Positions 37,779-45,781 of a DNA stretch of 64,000 nucleotides are shown here, in pieces (position 1 is the first letter of the stretch; each line of letters starts with the position of its first letter). Below the pieces are notes generated by a model. The model had not been told where the DNA came from. It worked only from the letters and a program-made list of their open reading frames with translations, and ran no database searches. The stretch comes from a virus, in IMG/VR virus record IMGVR_UViG_3300032315_001604, positions 32,001-96,000 of that record; one strand, written 5' to 3'. Position numbers and translations under genes: made by a program.

Positions 37779-39641
37779 ATGGGAAGAAAAAAAAAGGAAG
37801 ACGCTGAAAACGATAATATAAACGAAATGCCATTAGAAGATATTATGGTAGACGCATCCTTTTATAAAGGAAACGAAAATCTTTTAAGAGGAAATTCTCA
37901 GTTCAAATGGACTGATAAAATGATTGATGAGTTAAAACTTTGTAACAAAAGTATCTTACATTTTGCCGAAAATTACTTTTTTATTACAACTCTCGATGAA
38001 GGAAAAAAGAAAATAGAACTTTATAAATATCAAAAAAAGCTTTTAAAAGCATTTAAAAATAATCGTTTTAATATAGTTCTATCAAGCCGTCAATCAGGAA
38101 AAACAACAACAATTACTATATATGCTTTATGGATAGTGTGTTTCCAATCTGATAAAAGGATTACTATTGTTGCTAATAAAGAATCAACAGCAAAAGAAAT
38201 TTTTGCGAGAATTAAAATGGCATTCGAACAACTTCCTGTTTGGATGAAACCTAGTGTAAAATCATGGCGAAAAGATGGTTTTCAGCTTGCCAACGACTCT
38301 GCAATTACTGTTAGTACGACATCTTCTGCTGGTCCTCGCGGATCTACCAGTAATCTTTTGATTATTGATGAGATGGCACACTGTCCTAATGAATTGATGA
38401 AAGAACTTTGGAAGTCTGCTATTCCTATTATATCATCTTCTAAAAAATCACAAATTGTTGTTATTAGTACTGCAAAAGGAACAGACAATAAATTTTATGA
38501 AATTTATCAGGAATCGCAAAAAGAAAATAGCGATTGGCATTTGGAAGTAGTTAATTGGTGGGATGTGCCAGGTCGTGACGATGAATGGAAACGTGAAACC
38601 GTGTCAGCAATGGGATCAAAAGAAGACTTTGATCAAGAGTTTGGAAATGTTTTCCATGAACCAGGAAAAACTGCAATAGATTCAGAACTTTTAGAAGAAT
38701 TAAAAAGTCAAAGTACAGATCCTGTATTAGTGTTAGATAATGGAAATTATAAAATTTTTAAAGAACCAAATCCAGAAAGTTTTTATGTTATAGGTGTGGA
38801 CGTAGGAGAAGGAATTGGTAGGTCTAATACAGTAGCACAAATTTTAGATGTTTCGGATTTAACGTCAATCAAACAAGTTGCTGTTTATTCAACAAATCAA
38901 ATGAGTCCTTTTCATTTCGGTACTAGATTAATGGGTATATTAGATGATTGGGGAAGACCTCCAATACTAGTTGAAAACAATAATAATGGTCAACAGGTTC
39001 TAGATGTTTTATGCCACACTCACAATTATGAATCCGTAGTTTCTTATTATTTTGATGGATTTAGTAAACATTACAATAAAGAAAATAGATTCGGCATTCA
39101 TAATCATACAAATACAAGATATAAAGGAATTACTAATTTAAGATATTGGATTAACAGTTTAAAAGCTGTACAGTTCCATGATATTGAAACTCTTTTAGAA
39201 TTGCAAAATTTTGTTAGATTGCCAAATTATACATTTAGTAAAAGAAAAGACGATGATTTAGATGATAGAGTTTTTGCTTTAGTTTGGGCTTTATTTATAT
39301 TAGATCCTACAGTCGCTTCAAAATATTATCAAATTGTCGATACTGATGATCAAGGAAGACCTCTAAAAATAAAACCTTTAGTTGATAATACAGAATTGAT
39401 AAAAAAAAGTCCTTTGTTTTATGGTCAAGTTTCTAATTTTAAAAAAACCGCAAATACGAATAATTCTTTTGCTTATGTTGGAAAATTTGATCAAAATTTA
39501 CCAGCAACTGTACATCAAGATATGTCTGAACTTCAAAGCTGGTTATTAAGGTGGGGTACTCCCACAGAAGAAAAAAAAGAAGAAAAGGGCGAAAATGATA
39601 AGTTATTAGGAGAAGAATATAGACCAGTAATGGTGTTTTAA
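37779..39641 (+). CDS. gp17: Terminase large subunit, T4 gp17-like
   Basis: YFFITTLD, SRQSGKT Walker A, LLIIDE Walker B, IST.KG, QEF, GVDVGEG nuclease motif, DDRVFA. Confidence 0.97.
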   Translation: MGRKKKEDAENDNINEMPLEDIMVDASFYKGNENLLRGNSQFKWTDKMIDELKLCNKSILHFAENYFFITTLDEGKKKIELYKYQKKLLKAFKNNRFNIVLSSRQSGKTTTITIYALWIVCFQSDKRITIVANKESTAKEIFARIKMAFEQLPVWMKPSVKSWRKDGFQLANDSAITVSTTSSAGPRGSTSNLLIIDEMAHCPNELMKELWKSAIPIISSSKKSQIVVISTAKGTDNKFYEIYQESQKENSDWHLEVVNWWDVPGRDDEWKRETVSAMGSKEDFDQEFGNVFHEPGKTAIDSELLEELKSQSTDPVLVLDNGNYKIFKEPNPESFYVIGVDVGEGIGRSNTVAQILDVSDLTSIKQVAVYSTNQMSPFHFGTRLMGILDDWGRPPILVENNNNGQQVLDVLCHTHNYESVVSYYFDGFSKHYNKENRFGIHNHTNTRYKGITNLRYWINSLKAVQFHDIETLLELQNFVRLPNYTFSKRKDDDLDDRVFALVWALFILDPTVASKYYQIVDTDDQGRPLKIKPLVDNTELIKKSPLFYGQVSNFKKTANTNNSFAYVGKFDQNLPATVHQDMSELQSWLLRWGTPTEEKKEEKGENDKLLGEEYRPVMVF

Positions 39642-39644
39642 TTT

Positions 39645-40250
39645 ATGAATCAAGCAATTTTAAACAAATCACGTAATGATAAATTTCTATTAGTATTAGA
39701 CATACCAATAGAATTAAAAAAAAGATTTGATGCAGTTTTAGGAAAAAAATATAATGCCGATACGATTCAGTTTACAACCTTCGGATCACCTGTTCCTGCT
39801 GTTTCTGTTCCTAGTATTGATGTTCCTTATGATGGACAAGTATACAAAGCATCATCATTATCTCGTCCATCATATCAACCTTTAAATATTAGATTTTTTG
39901 TTGATAATGGTTATCAAAATTATTGGCTTATATGGCAATGGTTAAATATGTTTAACAATGCAAAAGAATCTACATCATTAATTGGTGTAGAAGAAGTACC
40001 AAGAGGAAATCGCATTGATGTTAATTTAGGTATATCTATGAAAGATTTGGTATCTATTTTTAGCATTTATGCTTTAGACGAATATAATAATAAGATTATT
40101 TCTTTTACATACAATCATGCATTTCCTGTATCTTTAGGAGAAATTAACTATTCACATCAAGATCCGTCTGAAATTACTTCTGTTGTGGGATTTGCTTTTA
40201 ATCAATTGGAAGTAAAACTTTTGAAAAACGTAAACGAAGCTACGTGTTAA
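39645..40250 (+). CDS. Tail tube-like / tube terminator protein (gp3/gp19 fold)
   Basis: P.V.VP.IDVP, YQPLNIRFFVD..YQNY..IWQW, AFPVSLGEI.YS, F.F.QL. Confidence 0.7.
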   Translation: MNQAILNKSRNDKFLLVLDIPIELKKRFDAVLGKKYNADTIQFTTFGSPVPAVSVPSIDVPYDGQVYKASSLSRPSYQPLNIRFFVDNGYQNYWLIWQWLNMFNNAKESTSLIGVEEVPRGNRIDVNLGISMKDLVSIFSIYALDEYNNKIISFTYNHAFPVSLGEINYSHQDPSEITSVVGFAFNQLEVKLLKNVNEATC

Positions 40251-40256
40251 TTTTTT

Positions 40257-41987
40257 ATGGCTACTTTTGATCTTAATAGTACAGCATCAGATTTTACTGC
40301 GGGATTAAATCCAGGAAATGCTACTACACCTATTGAATATTGGGATTCGCAAAAACAACAAAGAAGATTTATACATCAAATTCGTGATCAATTTTATTAC
40401 ATTGAAATTTGGTTATACAACCAAATTGAAGGTCAAAAACCATTTCCTGTTCCTTTCTATTTTGTAAATTCTTTAGCGATTGAAGAAACTTTAATGGATT
40501 GGTTTGTTAAAGGCTGGATTGTTTTTAATAATAATTTTGAAATATTAGAAAGAGGATCAAATAGTAGAGGTTCTGGTACAACTGCCAAAGATAAAATTGA
40601 TGCTCCATACATTTTTAGAACTGATGGAAGAAACAGAATTTCTATAAAAATTTATCCTATACCAAATAATCAAAATTATAGTATTAATATAGGTCAAAGC
40701 GAATCTGAATTACCTAAAAATAAATGGGAAATGTCTTTTGATTGTGTGATATATGATGTTGAAGATTTACCAACTGGTAGTGCTCAAGTAAAATTAAAAA
40801 AATTTTATTTTTGGGATGAAAGGTATCAAATCTTTTTAGAAAAAAATATAGAATGGTCAACAAGTAAAGGCGAAAATGCATGGACACTACCTGATAATAA
40901 AAGAGGAATGTCAGCAAATAAGGCATTATTAGATTTAATTGAAACTGCTTCTTTAAAAGATCCAAAAAGCTCTTTTGAAAATCCTGCTAATATTATTAAA
41001 GTAGGATACTATGAAGGGGGAAGAATCGATAACCCAACTATTGCTTTAAATTATAGTGATTTGTCTTGGGATATGGGGGCTAATACAACTATTACAAAAA
41101 AATTAGTTGATAATACAGAAATTTCTTATAATAACGATTTAATATTTTATACATCACCAGCAAATAATAATGTTTTAGATGACATAGAATATATATTATC
41201 TAATGTAATATCTAAAGAAGGAAATCCTGCATTTTTAAGATTTGGTCGTTCTACTGAAGATAAAGTTTGGAATTTGATAGGATTAGAAAAATATTTCCGT
41301 GATGCGGAAAAAGAACAAGTGGAAAGACTTTTTATTGAAGATGGAGTTGAACCAACAAAACCATATATTCCTAGAGCACCATCAGATTTTAGTAGTGATA
41401 TACAAAATTTTATGTCTGGTATTGCGTCTAGAATTCATCAATATAAATTTTCACCAATGGTGGCAGTAGATGACAATAGAATATTAAATAGTCCTTTACA
41501 TCATTATGATTTTACAACTGGTAGATTTAATATTTTTTATGGTGAAAATACAGCAAAAGAGGTTATAAATCAAATGACTAATGCGGGAAAACAAGGTCTT
41601 CACTCTTTAAAGCAAGCCAGTTCCCATGTACTTTTAAATTTAAATCAAACTAAAAATACTGGTATTATGTTAAATAATATGTTTTCCCCCAAATCCTTCA
41701 TTCCAACGAATTTTCCAAAAATTCAGATGATGAAAGATGCTTTGTATTTAAATGAATCTTTATGTTTTGTTACAAATGGATTGACGATTAGATCTCCAGG
41801 TCGATTTATATTCATAGATCACGTAAATTCAAATGAAGCTAATCCATTTGATGATAGATTTTTAGGCCAATGGATGATTACAAAAGTTGTACATCTTTTT
41901 ACTCAAGATAATTATGTTACAGAAGTCGTGGCTAATAAAATTGATGCGTTTAGTCGTTTATGGCCAAATGAAGATAAAAATTTATGA
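40257..41987 (+). CDS. Baseplate hub protein (gp27-like)
   Basis: C-terminal G.T.R.PGRFI.I...GQWMITKVVH.F...Y.TE typical of hub proteins; sits upstream of the spike genes. Confidence 0.6.
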   Translation: MATFDLNSTASDFTAGLNPGNATTPIEYWDSQKQQRRFIHQIRDQFYYIEIWLYNQIEGQKPFPVPFYFVNSLAIEETLMDWFVKGWIVFNNNFEILERGSNSRGSGTTAKDKIDAPYIFRTDGRNRISIKIYPIPNNQNYSINIGQSESELPKNKWEMSFDCVIYDVEDLPTGSAQVKLKKFYFWDERYQIFLEKNIEWSTSKGENAWTLPDNKRGMSANKALLDLIETASLKDPKSSFENPANIIKVGYYEGGRIDNPTIALNYSDLSWDMGANTTITKKLVDNTEISYNNDLIFYTSPANNNVLDDIEYILSNVISKEGNPAFLRFGRSTEDKVWNLIGLEKYFRDAEKEQVERLFIEDGVEPTKPYIPRAPSDFSSDIQNFMSGIASRIHQYKFSPMVAVDDNRILNSPLHHYDFTTGRFNIFYGENTAKEVINQMTNAGKQGLHSLKQASSHVLLNLNQTKNTGIMLNNMFSPKSFIPTNFPKIQMMKDALYLNESLCFVTNGLTIRSPGRFIFIDHVNSNEANPFDDRFLGQWMITKVVHLFTQDNYVTEVVANKIDAFSRLWPNEDKNL

Positions 41988-42298
41988 TTAGTAAAGAACA
42001 ATTAAAGGCAAAATTAGAAAGAAGTAAAATTCAAGAGTTGCAAGGATCTAATAGAAATCCTTACCCAAGTACATTACAAATGGCTAAAAATTTGGGATCT
42101 TCTGTTGTGAGAAATATTCAAAGTGTAGCAGCAGGTAATGATTTAAGATTATCGGAAGATGATGCAAATCGACGTTTAGCAATTTGTCAACAATGTGAAT
42201 TTTTTAGAGAAGATCAAAAAAGATGTGGAAAATGCGGATGCTTTATGTCTGTTAAAACATATTTAAAAGCAGAAAGATGTCCTATCGGTAAGTGGTAA
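41984..42298 (+). CDS. Small Cys-rich phage protein
   Basis: RLAICQQCEFF...CGKCGCFM..K..L....CPIGKW. Confidence 0.75.
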   Translation: MISKEQLKAKLERSKIQELQGSNRNPYPSTLQMAKNLGSSVVRNIQSVAAGNDLRLSEDDANRRLAICQQCEFFREDQKRCGKCGCFMSVKTYLKAERCPIGKW

Positions 42299-42875
42299 AA
42301 AATTTTTTTAAAATTTCAGTCGCATGAAAATCTAAGATTTTTTTATCATGGTCTGAATTTTCATTTAAACTATCCCAATTTAAATGGTAGTCTGCTAACT
42401 TTTTAATAATATTATTATTAATTCTTTCTGTTTCATTAGCATCAAAAATATTTTTTCTCTCAATAAAAATTAAAAAACCATTTGCTTCATTTTTTAACCA
42501 ATACATTTCGTCTTGAGGATATTCAACATATCGAATATCGGGTATTATGTTTATTTTTCCTTTAATTTTTTCAAAACTATCAATAAAGTAACGTCCTTCG
42601 GTTTTATTTCTCATCAATTTACCATATTCTATCAAAAGTGGACGAATTAGTTCTTTTTCTTCATTATTTTCAGTAAAGGAATCTAAATTAATATTAATTT
42701 TTAACAAATCTTTTAAATCTTGTTTTACTTTATCTCCTGCTATAGATCTGCGAATTCCTTCTAAATTGTAGGAATTTTTTAGAACTCTTATTAAAGCCCT
42801 ACATAATGTGTCTTTTCCTGATCTGGCAGCACCAGCAATACCTATAATATTATGGATTTTTGAGTCTTCAGGCAT
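42282..42875 (-). CDS. Deoxynucleoside monophosphate kinase
   Basis: IIGIAGAARSGKDT, RPLLIEYG, IIPDIRY..E, H/E-SE-like lid region. Confidence 0.85.
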   Translation of the reverse strand: MPEDSKIHNIIGIAGAARSGKDTLCRALIRVLKNSYNLEGIRRSIAGDKVKQDLKDLLKININLDSFTENNEEKELIRPLLIEYGKLMRNKTEGRYFIDSFEKIKGKINIIPDIRYVEYPQDEMYWLKNEANGFLIFIERKNIFDANETERINNNIIKKLADYHLNWDSLNENSDHDKKILDFHATEILKKFFTTYR

Positions 42876-42929
42876 AAGTTTTTAAAGGATATATTGTAAC
42901 AACTTTTCTTTAAAAGTAAATATTTTATT

Positions 42930-44342
42930 ATGGCAACATCAGGAATTACTCTAAAACAACTAGAAAAAAACACAAAATTAAAAAAACAAGTTTTAGATTT
43001 TTTAAAAAATCAATTAATAGGGCCAAATCGTATTAACAAATATGCTTGTGTTTTAGGTGTTTTATGGAAAGGATATGATGCTTTAGGTGATACGTTTTCT
43101 TACAATGGTCAACAAACCTATGGAGTATCAAAAACAACAATAGATTATGTAAAAAATGTTGTAGCTCGACAAAACTTTGCATACATTAAAAAAAATGTAA
43201 AATATGAAGAGTTTTTAATACAGTATTTGGTAAAAACTCCAGGATGGCAACAAATGACATCCCAAACAGAAGGAGGAGGAACAGGGGCTGATGCGAATCC
43301 TGCTTATGATAGCAAGGTTGGATTTTTAGGATTCCAATTACCTTTATTACCTAATAATCCATTATCAGGATCAGAAAAAGATTCACCACCGTTATGTGAA
43401 CAACTTTTAAATAAAATACATCCTGATTTTACCGACAATTTAGAAAAATTTTGTGGTCTTATAAAAAGTAGAGCTTATTTAGCTTTACCTGCTATGGCGT
43501 TTGGTTCTTTACAACGTGTAGTTGCATCAATCAACGGTGTAGTAGGTGCTTTTCAAAAAATAATTGGAGCAATTTACCGAGGTGTTATGCGAATCATACA
43601 ACAATTTTATGCTTATATAAACGGTATTATTGCAGAAATTCAAAGATGGTTAATGTGGGTTATAGAACAAATTATTCCTTTAGATTTGATATGTTTGATT
43701 CTTGAAACAATACAAGTTTTGTTAGATGATATTAATTTCTTTACATCTCTTTTTTCGCAATCTGGGTCTATATTCAGTTATTTAAATCAAATTCAAAATT
43801 TTATAAATATAGCATCCAGTGCTTTAACTAATCCTTTAACGTTTTTATATTCTTATCTTCCACCAGAAGTTGTACAGATTATAGATTTAGTAAATCAAAT
43901 TGGTACTGATCCTGATGGGTTTTTAACAGACATGCTAACAAATTATGGCTATTCTTATGTAGCAGAAGCTTTAAAAGGAAATATTGTTGCCGCATTAGTA
44001 GATAAATATGGACCACAATTTAGAGCTATTGGTCCAATATCTAACTTTATTAGTCAATTTGGAATTAGTGAGGTATCTGCATACTATCCACCTACTCCAG
44101 CAATAATCGGTCAATCTTGGGGTGCTGGTAATGATAGAGATGCTGTAGTAGATGTAAACTCAAATCCTATTGATGGTGCGTATAAAATAATTGAGCAAAC
44201 AAGTCAAAACGTTTCCGATGCCGTAGGAGATTTAGGAGATGCTGTAAGAAATGTGGGAACAGTTTTAGGCGATGAAGCAGAATATATTAAAAAAATTCCT
44301 AAAAAAGTAAGTGATGGAATTAAAGATGTATTTGATACGTAA
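42930..44342 (+). CDS. Uncharacterised virion protein with long amphipathic helices
   Basis: Hydrophobic periodicity over about aa 190-310 and at the C-terminus; TAAATA at 42917-42922; precedes the spike genes. Confidence 0.55.
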   Translation: MATSGITLKQLEKNTKLKKQVLDFLKNQLIGPNRINKYACVLGVLWKGYDALGDTFSYNGQQTYGVSKTTIDYVKNVVARQNFAYIKKNVKYEEFLIQYLVKTPGWQQMTSQTEGGGTGADANPAYDSKVGFLGFQLPLLPNNPLSGSEKDSPPLCEQLLNKIHPDFTDNLEKFCGLIKSRAYLALPAMAFGSLQRVVASINGVVGAFQKIIGAIYRGVMRIIQQFYAYINGIIAEIQRWLMWVIEQIIPLDLICLILETIQVLLDDINFFTSLFSQSGSIFSYLNQIQNFINIASSALTNPLTFLYSYLPPEVVQIIDLVNQIGTDPDGFLTDMLTNYGYSYVAEALKGNIVAALVDKYGPQFRAIGPISNFISQFGISEVSAYYPPTPAIIGQSWGAGNDRDAVVDVNSNPIDGAYKIIEQTSQNVSDAVGDLGDAVRNVGTVLGDEAEYIKKIPKKVSDGIKDVFDT

Positions 44343-44350
44343 CATTTAAA

Positions 44351-45778
44351 ATGAACAAATATTACGGAAATTATCTTGGTATAGTTGTAGGTTCTGGTGA
44401 TGATCCTGAGAACAGAAATCGTGTACAAGTATGGATTCCTCATATTACAAATACTTTATATGATGGTTGGAACAATAAACCAAGTGTAGGAACTATTGAT
44501 TTTTTTAATTTTAAAGAAGGAATTAATATACCTGATCCTGATTTAATTACAAGAATTAGAAACGTATTACCTTGGGCTGAATGCGCCTCTCCGTTATTTG
44601 GTGGAGGTTCTCCAGTAACTCAAAATTTTTCAACTGGTCAATCTTCAATTGATGCTGGAAATGCTTTGCAATATGATGATGAAGTTTTATCTGAAGAAGA
44701 TACTTTGGTGCCAGGAAGTGATGTGGATGATATTTTAGAAGTTAGTCCAGAAGCAACACCATTTCAAGAAAATTTACCACCAATTCCAGATACTCCAGAA
44801 AACAATGCACCAAATAGTGGAAACGATTTACCTCCAGTAGAACCTCCCATGCCTACAGTAGAAGGATCTGGACAAACGGAAGTGGTTTTACTTGATGGTA
44901 CAACTGTTGTGGACGCAAATACAGGAGACTACATTCGTTCTTTAACAACTCCAAATGATGAAGATATAACCTTTCCTACTCCTGCAACAAGAACGGATCC
45001 ATCAATTCAAGATACAGGTCAAACACCAACAAAAATACCAAGTATTAAAGCACCTGTAGTAAATCTTAACAATCTTTATAAAACTGCTACAAGTACGGCG
45101 AGAGGAAAATGTATCGATGATGGTAGTACAGGATTATGTTTAAAAGGCGTAAGTGTTTGGAGCTATGCTTTAACAAAAGATGAATATTTTCTTACTGCTA
45201 CTGGAACAAATGCTAATGCGATTAATACAGGCAGAAGTGCCTATTTTCAAGATTCTAATCTTTATGATAAAAGAATTGATCTTCCTAATAACTATATACC
45301 TGTAGTGGGTGATATAGTATCAGATAAAAATCACATCATTACATATTTGGGTAATGATAAAAACGGTAAACAAGTATGGTATAGTGATTTTAAAGATAGA
45401 TCTCCTTCATATTATGTAGAAACTGGTAGATGGAACAATCCACAACTAATAAGATTAAATGATGACGGACTAAAATTAGTAGATAAAAATCCTGACTTGG
45501 CATTAAGTGAAGGGTATGTTGATGCCGTTAATCAGTATCGAGATGAATCGTCATCACAAGACCAAAGCCGTCCAGTTGAACCAGATGATTTTGCAGGTTC
45601 TACATTAGCTGCTGCTGGAAATGGTGGTTATGACGGAACATCAACAGGTACATATTCTGTACCAGATGTGGGTTCAAAGGTTTGGGTATTTTTTCATGGT
45701 GGAGATATACAAAAACCAATTTATTTTGCACAAGCACTTGATCCATCATCATTTGATCAAACAACACAAGGAACATAA
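44351..45778 (+). CDS. gp5: Spike gp5/VgrG N-terminal OB-fold interrupted by a CHAP-like amidase domain
   Basis: YLGIVV..DDPE.RNRVQV.IP...LPWA..ASP at the start, VPDVGSKVWVFF.GGD..KPIYF at the end; STGLC...PVVGDIV...HIITY.G...WYSDF in between. Confidence 0.8.
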   Translation: MNKYYGNYLGIVVGSGDDPENRNRVQVWIPHITNTLYDGWNNKPSVGTIDFFNFKEGINIPDPDLITRIRNVLPWAECASPLFGGGSPVTQNFSTGQSSIDAGNALQYDDEVLSEEDTLVPGSDVDDILEVSPEATPFQENLPPIPDTPENNAPNSGNDLPPVEPPMPTVEGSGQTEVVLLDGTTVVDANTGDYIRSLTTPNDEDITFPTPATRTDPSIQDTGQTPTKIPSIKAPVVNLNNLYKTATSTARGKCIDDGSTGLCLKGVSVWSYALTKDEYFLTATGTNANAINTGRSAYFQDSNLYDKRIDLPNNYIPVVGDIVSDKNHIITYLGNDKNGKQVWYSDFKDRSPSYYVETGRWNNPQLIRLNDDGLKLVDKNPDLALSEGYVDAVNQYRDESSSQDQSRPVEPDDFAGSTLAAAGNGGYDGTSTGTYSVPDVGSKVWVFFHGGDIQKPIYFAQALDPSSFDQTTQGT

Positions 45779-45781
45779 CAT

